The translations under genes and the position numbers were made by a program. DNA of 64,000 bases from an uncultured Chloroflexia bacterium (lineage in GTDB: Bacteria; Chloroflexota; Limnocylindria; Limnocylindrales; CSP1-4): NCBI GenBank assembly GCA_963746845.1, contig CAVVCZ010000004.1:672001-736000 (forward strand). Direction: 5' to 3'. The notes beneath the pieces are model-generated. The model worked only from the letters and a program-made list of their open reading frames with translations, ran no database searches and was not told the origin of the DNA. The stretch's first letter is position 1. Every line of letters starts with the position of its first letter. Of the stretch, positions 42,025-50,186 are shown in pieces.

Positions 42025-43359
42025 ATGGCTCGACCCACCTCGATCGATCTCACGCCGCCCGTCGAGAAGGCGTTTCTGGTCGCCGTCGACACGGGCGACG
42101 ACGCCGGCTGGACGGCCGAGGAATCGCTCACGGAGCTCGCGAACCTGGCGACCACCGCGGGCGCCGATGTCGTGGGCGCCGAGTGGCAGAACCGGCGCCA
42201 CGTCGACCCGAACTGGTACGTCGGCAAGGGCAAGGCCGAGGAGCTCGCGCAGGCGAGGAGCGAGACCGGCTTCGACCTCCTCGTGGCCGACGACGAGCTC
42301 TCACCGAGCCAGCAGAAGGCGCTCGAAAGCCTGTTGAACGTCAAGGTGATCGACCGGAGCCGGCTGATCCTGGACATCTTCGCCCTCCACGCCCAGACCC
42401 ACGAGGGCCGTCTCCAGGTCGAGCTGGCCCAGCTCGAGTACCAGCTGCCGCGGCTGACCCGGCTGTGGACCCACCTCTCGCGGACCGGCGGCGGGATCGG
42501 CACCCGGGGACCCGGCGAGAGCCAGCTCGAGACGGACCGCCGGCTGATCCGGACCCGGATCGCGAAGATGAAGGAGCGGGTCGAGCAGGTCCGTCAGCAG
42601 CGCCAGACCGCAGCCCGCGGGCGCGACCGCCGGATGATGGCGACGGTCGGCATCGTCGGCTACACGAACGCCGGCAAGTCCACACTCCTCAACAGCCTGG
42701 TCGGGAGCGAGGTCGCCAGGGCCGAGGACAAGCTCTTCGCGACGCTCGACCCGACCTCGCGCCAGGTCAAGCTCGGCGACGGCCAGACCGCGATCGTCAC
42801 CGACACCGTCGGGTTCATCCACAAGCTCCCGCACCAGCTGGTCGACGCCTTCCGGGCGACGCTCGAGGAGGTCAACCGGGCCGATGTCCTCGTGGAGGTC
42901 GTCGATGCCTCGGATCCGCACCTCCGCGAGCACCGAGCCACCGTCCAGACGGTCCTCGATGAGCTCGGGGCGGGTGACAAGCCGCGGCTCGTCGCGTTCA
43001 ACAAGGCCGATCTCGTCGAGGCCGCGGCGCGCGACGGCGAGGCGCCGGCGCCGGCCCTGGCTGGTTCAGTGCTCGTCTCCGCGCTCACCGGCTTCGGGCT
43101 CGACACGCTTCGGGCCGAGATCGCGGCGCTCCTCGCATCGATGTGGGTGGACGTCGACGTCCACGTCCCGTACACGGCCGGCGAGCTGCTCGCCCGGGTG
43201 CGCGAGCGCGGCACGGTCGAGCTCGACTACGGCGAGCGCGACGTCCGCGTCCATGGCCGGGCGGCCCCGGCGCTGGCCGGCGAGCTGACGGCGGTGTCCG
43301 GCTCCTGGCGGGAGACGCTCACCGGAACGGGAAATGGCACCGGGGTCGAGCACGCCTGA
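42025..43359 (+). CDS. hflX: Ribosome-splitting GTPase HflX
   Basis: LILDIFA, QVELAQLEY, GPGESQLETDRR, GYTNAGKST, LFATLD, DTVGF, NKAD. Confidence 0.97.
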   Translation: MARPTSIDLTPPVEKAFLVAVDTGDDAGWTAEESLTELANLATTAGADVVGAEWQNRRHVDPNWYVGKGKAEELAQARSETGFDLLVADDELSPSQQKALESLLNVKVIDRSRLILDIFALHAQTHEGRLQVELAQLEYQLPRLTRLWTHLSRTGGGIGTRGPGESQLETDRRLIRTRIAKMKERVEQVRQQRQTAARGRDRRMMATVGIVGYTNAGKSTLLNSLVGSEVARAEDKLFATLDPTSRQVKLGDGQTAIVTDTVGFIHKLPHQLVDAFRATLEEVNRADVLVEVVDASDPHLREHRATVQTVLDELGAGDKPRLVAFNKADLVEAAARDGEAPAPALAGSVLVSALTGFGLDTLRAEIAALLASMWVDVDVHVPYTAGELLARVRERGTVELDYGERDVRVHGRAAPALAGELTAVSGSWRETLTGTGNGTGVEHA

Positions 43360-43360
43360 G

Positions 43361-43849
43361 GTGAGCCAGGTGCGGCGCGCCGGTCATGGACGGGCGAGCG
43401 ATGGATCCATCGTCACGTGGACCGTGGCCGAGGGTCGCCGGGGCCGGCGCTGGCGCGAGGTCATCGCCGTGGGGGAGGGGATCCGCTCGTCGCTCCTGCT
43501 CGAGCTCGATCCCGAGGGACGGTTCAGCCATCTCGAGCTGTCGACGGCCGCCGGCCTGCTGACGCTCCATCCGGAGGGCGACGGCACGCTCCACGGCAAC
43601 GTCGTGACCGCCGATGGCGTCGCGCACGTGGTCGGCCTGCCGTGGGACGCGGACACAAGCGTCCTCCTGGACGGCTCGACGGTCTGCCGCGCCGCGGCGG
43701 CCCACGACGCTGGCCACGGTTCCCTCCGGATCGGGTTGGACCTGAGCCTCCGGCCGACGTCCGACCCGCTCGACGCGATCGCCCTCGACGCCGACGGCCT
43801 GCCGGTCCTCGCGGCCGGCGCGACCTGGCCGCTCGAGCGTGGCGGCTGA
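43361..43849 (+). CDS. Hypothetical protein
   Basis: GC3-rich codon pattern directly after hflX; no recognised motif. Confidence 0.6.
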   Translation: MSQVRRAGHGRASDGSIVTWTVAEGRRGRRWREVIAVGEGIRSSLLLELDPEGRFSHLELSTAAGLLTLHPEGDGTLHGNVVTADGVAHVVGLPWDADTSVLLDGSTVCRAAAAHDAGHGSLRIGLDLSLRPTSDPLDAIALDADGLPVLAAGATWPLERGG

Positions 43850-43850
43850 G

Positions 43851-43973
43851 TCATCCACAGCGAATCCCGGCAACTTCGTGGACGGACCGTGGACAACCCT
43901 CGCAGATTCGGCCCCGAAACCGCGAAAGTCGTGGACAAGTGGGCTAGGCAGCACTCCCGCCGCCACCTACAGT
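43851..43973 (+). promoter_or_regulatory. Promoter of ncRNA copy 1 with DnaA-box-like motifs
   Basis: TCATCCACA (43851), CGTGGACGG (43877), CGTGGACAA (43888 and 43930); -35 TAGGCA (43945-43950), 17-bp spacer, -10 TACAGT (43968-43973). Confidence 0.6.
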
Positions 43974-43980
43974 AGGTCTT

Positions 43981-44074
43981 GCCCGAAGGGGCCACGAGAC
44001 CGAAAGTGACGACGCAGGTGCTTGCATCGGCGGCGGAGGCTGCGGGAGCGAGGTTCCTTCGGGCGTTTCGTTGT
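43981..44074 (+). ncRNA. Putative novel structured small RNA, copy 1
   Basis: 13-bp closing stem GCCCGAAGGGGCC/GGTTCCTTCGGGC, internal bubble, apical stem with CTTG loop, T-rich tail; begins after a 7-nt gap from the -10. Confidence 0.65.
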
Positions 44075-44079
44075 GCCCG

Positions 44080-44655
44080 TCAGATGCCGACCGGGACGGT
44101 CGTGCACCGGACCGGGGCCGCGCCGGCCGGGCGGGTCATCGTCCGAGCGGCCTCGAACATCCCGGTCCAGGCCGCCGGGCCGCCCGCCCCCTCGAACGCG
44201 GCCTGCGGGCTGACCCCTCCGCCGGCCGGGTCCACCGACGTGCGCCGCGCGGCGACCATCGCCTCGTAGGCGACGAACAGGCGGTCGAGCTGGGCCATCG
44301 ACGGAGCACCCGGCGCCCAGCCTGCGGCGATCGCGGCCTGGCCTCGTCCCTGCTCCAGCTGGGCGGTGATCGTCGTCGCCAGCTGGTCGGCCTTCGTCGC
44401 CTGGCCCGCGGCCACGGCCGCCTCGAACGACAGGCTGAGCTGGGAGCCGATCCCGGTATCGGGGTTGCCGACGGCCGTGAACAACGCCCCGAACGCGTTG
44501 CAGAACGCCGAGCCGAACTCCTCGTAGGTCGCGGCACGAGCGGGGCTGGAGTCGGACGGCTTTGCGCCGCCCGGCTCCCCACTGCGGCAGCCGACGCACA
44601 GACCCGCGACCAGGACCATCGCGATCGCGATCGCTCGCGTCGAGGGCTGGGTCAT
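44080..44655 (-). CDS. Hypothetical lipoprotein
   Basis: Signal peptide with lipobox-like LCVGC, Ala-rich helical body. Confidence 0.65.
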   Translation of the reverse strand: MTQPSTRAIAIAMVLVAGLCVGCRSGEPGGAKPSDSSPARAATYEEFGSAFCNAFGALFTAVGNPDTGIGSQLSLSFEAAVAAGQATKADQLATTITAQLEQGRGQAAIAAGWAPGAPSMAQLDRLFVAYEAMVAARRTSVDPAGGGVSPQAAFEGAGGPAAWTGMFEAARTMTRPAGAAPVRCTTVPVGI

Positions 44656-44704
44656 GTCGATCCTGCTTTCCGCTCGAGTGTGCACCCCGGGTCGCGCGTC
44701 CGGA

Positions 44705-44800
44705 TGTGGGAACGCCGTGGACAACCCTCGCGGTTGCGACACGGATGACGCCGAGCTCGTGGAAAAGACGCTGGACGGGGCGGTTCGTTTCACGTACTGT
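44705..44800 (+). promoter_or_regulatory. Promoter of ncRNA copy 2 with DnaA-box-like motifs
   Basis: TGTGGGAAC (44705), CGTGGACAA (44716), CGTGGAAAA (44758); -35 TGGACG (44772-44777), 17-bp spacer, -10 TACTGT (44795-44800). Confidence 0.6.
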
Positions 44801-44807
44801 TCGTCGT

Positions 44808-44900
44808 GCCCGGAGGGGCCTCGAACATCTAGTGATCCGATTGGTACTTGTATTGATCGGAACAGCCAGTGATCGACGGTTCCTTCGGGCGTTTTCGTGT
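44808..44900 (+). ncRNA. Putative novel structured small RNA, copy 2
   Basis: Closing stem GCCCGGAGGGGCC/GGTTCCTTCGGGC, 11x11 bubble, 11-bp apical stem TCCGATTGGTA/TATTGATCGGA with CTTG loop, GTTTT tail; begins after a 7-nt gap from the -10. Confidence 0.7.
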
Positions 44901-44947
44901 CCGCCGCTCGCCGGTCGGGGCTGGACCGCCGCTGGCACAATCGGGCG

Positions 44948-45688
44948 ATGAAGATCACCGACGGGATCCATCGACTCGGCCCGGGCCTGGTCAACGTGTA
45001 CCTCCTCGAGGAGGCCGGCGGCATCACGATCGTCGACGCGGGGATGCCCGGTGACTGGTCGGACCTGCTGGCCGAGCTGGCGGCGATGGGCCGCTCCCTC
45101 GATGACGTTCGCGCCGTCGTCCTGACCCATGGGCACTCGGACCACATCGGGTTCGCCGAGCGCGCGCGGACCGAGCGCCACCTCCCGGTGTCGGTCCACG
45201 AGCTCGACGCGGCGCTGGCTCGCGGCGAGGTGAGCAGCTCGAGCAAGGACGGCGGTCCCGTCAGCCTGATCCCGCTCCTGAAGTTCATGCTGCTCGGCCT
45301 GCGGCGGGGCGGCCTCAAGTCCGTCCACGTCGGCGAGGTCGCGACATACGGCGACGGGGTCACCCTCGACGTCCCGGGCGCCCCGACCGTCATCCACCTG
45401 CCGGGTCACACGCCGGGGAGCGCGGCCCTCCACGTCGCGTCACGCGACGCGCTCCTCATCGGCGACGCGCTCGCGACCGTCTCGGCCGTGAACGGGAGGA
45501 CGGGCCCGATGATCGCGCCGTACACGGCCGAGCCGGCGCAGGCGATCGCGTCCCTCGACCGCCTGGACGGCATCGAGGCCGGGTGGGTGCTGCCGGGCCA
45601 TGGCCAGCCGTGGACGGGCGGTGTGGCGGAGGCGGTGCGCCGGATCCGGGCGGCGGGACCGGAGGGGATGGGTCGGCCGGCGGCCTGA
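44948..45688 (+). CDS. MBL-fold metallohydrolase
   Basis: VDAG, THGHSDHIG, PGHTPGS, IGD, LPGHG. Confidence 0.92.
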   Translation: MKITDGIHRLGPGLVNVYLLEEAGGITIVDAGMPGDWSDLLAELAAMGRSLDDVRAVVLTHGHSDHIGFAERARTERHLPVSVHELDAALARGEVSSSSKDGGPVSLIPLLKFMLLGLRRGGLKSVHVGEVATYGDGVTLDVPGAPTVIHLPGHTPGSAALHVASRDALLIGDALATVSAVNGRTGPMIAPYTAEPAQAIASLDRLDGIEAGWVLPGHGQPWTGGVAEAVRRIRAAGPEGMGRPAA

Positions 45689-45700
45689 CGCACAACGAGA

Positions 45701-45738
45701 CCCGCCGGCCGCACGCATCGAGGCGTGCGACCGGCGGG
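45701..45738. terminator. GC-rich hairpin between convergent genes
   Basis: CCCGCCGG-C-CGCACGC...GCGTGCG-A-CCGGCGGG inverted repeat. Confidence 0.5.
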
Positions 45739-45787
45739 GGAGGGGTGGCGAAGGGGAGGGGTGGGCGTCCGCCCGCCCCCATGGGGA

Positions 45788-46318
45788 CTACGGGTTGGCG
45801 ACCGCCCAGTTCGCGATGGCCGAGCCGTTGGTGTCCCCGGCGGCCTTGTCGGCGGCGAAGTAGTACAGCGGCATCCCGTTGTATGCCAGCTGCTTCGATC
45901 CGTCGTCGCGGGTCACGATCGTGAGCTTGCCGGTGGCGGCGCTGTCGGCCTTGACCTCGGTGAGGTCATCGGCCGCGTAGGGCGGCCAGTTGTCCGCGCA
46001 GTTGCCGTTGCAGACGCTCTTGCCGGAGTCGGCCGTGTCCTTCTTGAAGATGTACAGGGTCTTGCCGTCCGCGCCGGTCAGGAAGCTGACGGTCGCCCCG
46101 CCGACGGTGCCGCTGCCGATCTTGAGCGGGTAGCTCCCGGCCGCACCCGAATCCGAGCTCGCCGGGCTTCCGGCGGCCTCGCTCGGTGCTGCAGCGCTCG
46201 GTGCCGCGACGCTGGCCGCGGCCGACGGCGACGGGGTCGCGCCGGTGCTGCTGCATGCCGCGAGCACGAGGATCAGGGGCATCGCAGCGGCGAGGCCGAA
46301 GAATCGATGTCGGTTCAT
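45788..46318 (-). CDS. COG4315 (Lipoprotein_15 repeat) lipoprotein
   Basis: Lipobox LAAC; G.TLY.F.KD...S.C.G.CA..WPP and QLAYNG.PLYYF..D...GD.NG repeats. Confidence 0.88.
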   Translation of the reverse strand: MNRHRFFGLAAAMPLILVLAACSSTGATPSPSAAASVAAPSAAAPSEAAGSPASSDSGAAGSYPLKIGSGTVGGATVSFLTGADGKTLYIFKKDTADSGKSVCNGNCADNWPPYAADDLTEVKADSAATGKLTIVTRDDGSKQLAYNGMPLYYFAADKAAGDTNGSAIANWAVANP

Positions 46319-46364
46319 GGCTCGGACAGTCCTCCAGGGAGTGGTGCGCGTCCCACACGACCCG

Positions 46365-46391
46365 TACGCGCCCGCATCCCCGACGGTTTCC
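46365..46391 (-). promoter_or_regulatory. ECF-sigma-type promoter of the COG4315 lipoprotein gene
   Basis: Minus strand GGAAAC-N17-CGTA. Confidence 0.45.
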
Positions 46392-46444
46392 CTCGCCCGC
46401 GCCGGACCGTCATCATGGATCGTCCACACCTCGAGGAGGGCGTC

Positions 46445-47341
46445 ATGGCGGGTCTGGAGACGCTGGCGATTCGCACCCCGGACGGCCGGACGCTGGAGTG
46501 TCACGTCGCCGGCCCGCCCGACGGCGACGTGCTCCTGTTCCACGACGGCACGCCCGGCAGCGGGCTGCCACCGGACGCATTCGTCGAGACCGCAGCCGCC
46601 CGGAACCTCCGGTCCGTCACCTTCGCCCGGCCGGGTTACGCGACATCGACCCGACGACCGGGCCGGAGCGTCGCGGACGTTGCCGAGGACGCCGTGGCGG
46701 TCCTCGACCACTTCGGGGCCGATCGGTGCTTCACGATGGGCGCCTCGGGCGGCGGCCCGCACGCGCTGGCGTGTGCCGCGCTGATCCCGGAACGCGTCCG
46801 GGCCACGACCGTCATCGCGGGTGTCGCCCCGTTCGGGGCGGTGGGGCTCGACTTCCTCGCGGGCATGGCGCCGGAGAACGTCGAGGAGTTCGGCGCCGCG
46901 GTCGAGGGGTCGGACGCGCTCGTGGCGTTCCTGAGCGGTGCCGCGCAGGCCTTCGCCAATGTGACCGGAGCCGAGATCGCGGACGCGTTCGGCGGGCTCG
47001 TGTCCCCGGTCGACCACGCCGCTCTCACCGACGACTTCGCCGACGCCGTCGCGGCGGACGTCCGCAACGCGCTCTCGAGCGGGATCTGGGGCTGGCACGA
47101 CGACGACCTCGCGTTCGCCGCGCCATGGGGCTTCGACCCGGCCGGGATCACGGGCCAGGTCGACCTCTGGCAGGGCGAGCAGGATCGGATGGTCCCGTTC
47201 GCCCATGGCGTTTGGCTCGCGGCCAACGTCGGCCACGCTCGAGCGCACCTGCTACCCGACCATGGGCACCTGTCCCTGCAGGTCGCGCTCCTCGGCCCGA
47301 TCCTCGACGTGATGCTCGCGGGTGCCGAGATCAGCGCCTGA
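46445..47341 (+). CDS. Alpha/beta fold hydrolase
   Basis: HDGTPGS, RPGY, GASGGGP nucleophile, D.MVP, GHLS; SD GAGGAGG. Confidence 0.9.
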   Translation: MAGLETLAIRTPDGRTLECHVAGPPDGDVLLFHDGTPGSGLPPDAFVETAAARNLRSVTFARPGYATSTRRPGRSVADVAEDAVAVLDHFGADRCFTMGASGGGPHALACAALIPERVRATTVIAGVAPFGAVGLDFLAGMAPENVEEFGAAVEGSDALVAFLSGAAQAFANVTGAEIADAFGGLVSPVDHAALTDDFADAVAADVRNALSSGIWGWHDDDLAFAAPWGFDPAGITGQVDLWQGEQDRMVPFAHGVWLAANVGHARAHLLPDHGHLSLQVALLGPILDVMLAGAEISA

Positions 47342-47422
47342 CCGAGGGCTAGACGCGCGTCCATGCCGGGCGCGGGCGTTCGTCCGTGGTGATGGGCCGA
47401 GCACGACCGCAGCATGTCGGCC

Positions 47423-47716
47423 ATGGACCCAACGGCTGTTCTGACCGCCATCGCGGCACTCGTCATCGTGTCGACCATCATCACCGCCACGATCCGTGTC
47501 CTGGCGGACGCCTCCGAGGACAGCGGGTTCGCGATCCTGTTCGCTCCGCTCGTGAAGGGTCTGTCGCCAAAGCCCGGGCCGGTCGTCCGGGAGCCTGAGC
47601 CGACGGCGTGGCGCTTCGACCTGATGAAGCCTCGGATGAGCGCGCCCGACCCGATCGCCCGGCCGACAACGGTCCCCCAAAAGGTCCGCTCCGGCGCCGG
47701 GTTCGCGCGGCCCTGA
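47423..47716 (+). CDS. Small hypothetical membrane protein
   Basis: N-terminal TM helix, GC3-rich codons. Confidence 0.55.
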   Translation: MDPTAVLTAIAALVIVSTIITATIRVLADASEDSGFAILFAPLVKGLSPKPGPVVREPEPTAWRFDLMKPRMSAPDPIARPTTVPQKVRSGAGFARP

Positions 47717-47797
47717 ACCTATCGTCTCGCTGCCTGTCGGGGTTGGCCGAGACCGCGACTTGACCAAGGTGGACTAACCCCGCAGGCTCCTGCCGTC

Positions 47798-48127
47798 ATG
47801 TCCGAGCCTGTGAATATCCACGACTCGAAGATGCACCTGTCGCGTCTTGTCGAGCGCGTGGAGGCCGGCGAGGAGATCGTCCTGGCCCGGGCCGGACGCC
47901 CGGTGGCCCGACTCGTGCCGTATCGGGGCAGGCGCGAGCCACGCGTGCCCGGGGGCTGGAAGGGCCGGGCGGACCCACTCGACCGGATGCTGGTCGCCCA
48001 GGCCGAAACCCTGGGAGCCACGATCGTCTCGCGCGACGTCGCACTCGACGCGTACGGCATCAACCCTGCTGACGGCCTGAGGCGGCTGTCCTACGAGAGC
48101 ATGGGATCGTCGGCCCGCCAGATGTAG
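47798..48127 (+). pseudogene. Collapsed type II TA remnant: Phd/YefM antitoxin fused in frame to a VapC (PIN) C-terminal fragment
   Basis: NIHDSK.HLSRLV.RVEAGEEIVLARAGRPVARLVP (Phd) joined near 47970 to DPLDRMLVAQA..LG.TIVSRD..L..YG (PIN C-terminus). Confidence 0.75.
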
Positions 48128-48606
48128 ATCGGCTCGACGCCGTGGGCACCGAGCAGCTGCGAGACCTCGCCGATGTGGTAGCCGTCGTGGGTCAGGAGCC
48201 GCTGCAGGATCGAGGCGCGCGAGTGGCGCTGGACGACGTCGCGGAAGGTGCGATCGACCCGCTCGTCGAGCCTGTCCGGCGTCCATGCGTCCAGGACGCG
48301 ATCGAGGATCGCGTACGTCGACTCGAGGGCGAACACGAGCTCGGCCGCCGAGCGCGGGTGGTCGAGGTCATCCTCCCAGCCGTCCTCGGGCAGGTCCGGC
48401 CACGGCGTCTGCTCGGCACCGGGCTCGCCGAGGATGGTGGCCAGCCAGTACAGTCGCGAACCGGCCATGTGCGCCAGGATCGCCCAGATCGGCCACTGAT
48501 CCGCGGCCGCTCGCCACGCCAGCTGCTCGTCCGTGAGCGTGGACACGACGTCGATGATGCGCTGGTGGTATTGCGGCCACCGGTCGTAGTAGCGGCGGAT
48601 GCTCAT
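48091..48606 (-). CDS. DinB family protein
   Basis: ILAH...R.YW and TH..YH.GE...LG His-triad pattern. Confidence 0.85.
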   Translation of the reverse strand: MSIRRYYDRWPQYHQRIIDVVSTLTDEQLAWRAAADQWPIWAILAHMAGSRLYWLATILGEPGAEQTPWPDLPEDGWEDDLDHPRSAAELVFALESTYAILDRVLDAWTPDRLDERVDRTFRDVVQRHSRASILQRLLTHDGYHIGEVSQLLGAHGVEPIYIWRADDPMLS

Positions 48607-48651
48607 CGCCTCATGATGATGCGCGTCGCTCTCGCCTGCGATCCCAGCGCA

Positions 48652-48679
48652 ACTTCCGATAAGAGAAGTTATGTCCGTC
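48652..48679 (+). other. dif-like XerC/XerD recombination site
   Basis: ACTTCCGATAA-GAGAAG-TTATGTCCGTC: 11-6-11 layout with inner ATAA/TTAT arms and TTATGT XerD core; abuts the RT stop codon. Confidence 0.6.
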
Positions 48680-50186
48680 ATGTGAACTCGGGCCAGACTG
48701 CCGAGGCTCGACCCCTGATCTTTGCCGATAGCAAGCGTGAACCCGCGTAGCGATTGATGACATCAGCGACGTGTCTCCCGCGCGTGTTGGCGTTGGCAGA
48801 TTGAAGCGCGACCAGCGCGGCCTCGGCGACCTCCTTGACATCAAGCGACTCGCGCGCGATGAAGTCGTGGTCGGATCCATCGCCGAGCTTCCCGAGCAAG
48901 AGCGCTGCGAACTGTCGAACTTCGATGCCGGCATTTCGGTTCGCGAGGGTGACTCTCGCCCGCGCCAGGAGGATCCGCTCGCATCGCGTGCCAGACAACA
49001 TGGCACGAAAGAGGTTCATTTCCTCCCATTCGGAGATGTTGTCCGGAGAAACGAGGTGGGAAGCGACCGCTCGTTGAACGCTCGCTCGCGTTGCAAAGCG
49101 CGACAGATACCGGGCCACGGTAGACGCCAGGTAGTCAAGTTCCCCGAGTCGAGCGAGGCACCACTTGATGGCAACAGGGTCCCTGTTGTCGGTGAGTCGT
49201 CCCAGGAGATATTTGAGCTCACGACGCGGCAACGGTGTCTTGCGTCTGGAGAACTCCTTCCATGCCTTCTTGACCAGGGGAGCCGCAACGATTTTGGCCC
49301 GCTGCCTGACCACGTAGTCGATCGCCGCAATCTCGTCCTCGTCACTGACGGCCGCAATCATTTCGGCCCTGCCTACCACGAGTTCGGTCTTTGCGGACTG
49401 GACGAGTAGATCGAGGCGTCTGGCCTCGGCCTCGAGAAGCCTTAGCGCCTTCTTCGCGTCGGTCCTGTCCTTCGCCAGGACGTATATGTCATCGACGTAC
49501 CTAACGTATCCGTAACCTGCCCCAATAAGCGCCTGATCGAGCGGATGGAGGTACACACTCGCTAGAAGTCCGGACGGATCCGGACCTTGAGGAAGTCCCA
49601 CGGCCCTACCCATTGAATCCTTAAGGAACGTCCTCAGCTCGCGCGCCACATCATCTCGTACGCCAAGAGAGGTAAGGCGTGCCTCAAGCTGACCGTGTGG
49701 GATGCGCTCGTAGAAGGCCGCCAGATCCGTTCGAACCATGGCTCCGTACTTGACGGACTTGACTTCGGCACGCAGTTGCGTCCGGAAGCGCTTCCACTGT
49801 GAAAGCCCGAAGCCGAAAGGGGCTTTGGTGGAGCGCCGAGCCATAGGTCTGTAGCCGAAGACGTGGTTCTTCCCAACCAGACCTCTATCGATGTCGTACA
49901 TGAACGAGTCGACCAGAGCCTGGTAGTACAGCCGACTATCCACGGTCATTTGGTGTGCCGGACGCATGAGGCCGTTTGGCTTCGGGATCAAGGCCTCGCG
50001 GGCTCGCGGGGCACGCATTCGGCCATCGCGAAACGGGGCAAGCCGCCTTCTTGCGGCGACGAATTCGGGCCGCTCCCTTGGCACCATGGCCAGACTCAAA
50101 GGATCGGGCCACAAGTCGTCCCAGGCGTCCTGGCGGATCCGCCGCGCAGCGCGCCCGAGGGTAAGTCTGACTCGCTTGGCTGGCAT
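48678..50186 (-). CDS. Reverse transcriptase of the UG/Abi (DRT-like) lineage with C-terminal helical-repeat region
   Basis: IPK..G..RP, VFGYR, TDLAAFYERIPH, GLPQG..PSGLLA, RYVDD, SAKT; about 220-aa helical C-terminus; visibly more AT-rich than host genes. Confidence 0.9.
   Translation of the reverse strand: MPAKRVRLTLGRAARRIRQDAWDDLWPDPLSLAMVPRERPEFVAARRRLAPFRDGRMRAPRAREALIPKPNGLMRPAHQMTVDSRLYYQALVDSFMYDIDRGLVGKNHVFGYRPMARRSTKAPFGFGLSQWKRFRTQLRAEVKSVKYGAMVRTDLAAFYERIPHGQLEARLTSLGVRDDVARELRTFLKDSMGRAVGLPQGPDPSGLLASVYLHPLDQALIGAGYGYVRYVDDIYVLAKDRTDAKKALRLLEAEARRLDLLVQSAKTELVVGRAEMIAAVSDEDEIAAIDYVVRQRAKIVAAPLVKKAWKEFSRRKTPLPRRELKYLLGRLTDNRDPVAIKWCLARLGELDYLASTVARYLSRFATRASVQRAVASHLVSPDNISEWEEMNLFRAMLSGTRCERILLARARVTLANRNAGIEVRQFAALLLGKLGDGSDHDFIARESLDVKEVAEAALVALQSANANTRGRHVADVINRYAGSRLLSAKIRGRASAVWPEFT

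Noticed and set aside
43851-44900. oriC, suggested by clustered DnaA-like boxes, GATCs and a locally AT-rich stretch at 44821-44875
   Set aside because: No dnaA/dnaN nearby. The boxes are phased to two promoters, and the AT-rich stretch is explained by the RNA hairpin of copy 2.
43981-44900. The two sRNAs as templates for the RT
   Set aside because: They are 4-5 kb away, separated by unrelated genes, and no complementarity or shared boundary links them to the RT.
48678-50186. RT as a retron, group II intron or DGR
   Set aside because: No NAxxH/VTG retron motifs or msr-msd inverted repeats, no maturase domain or intron domain V/VI, and no TR/VR repeat or avd gene seen.
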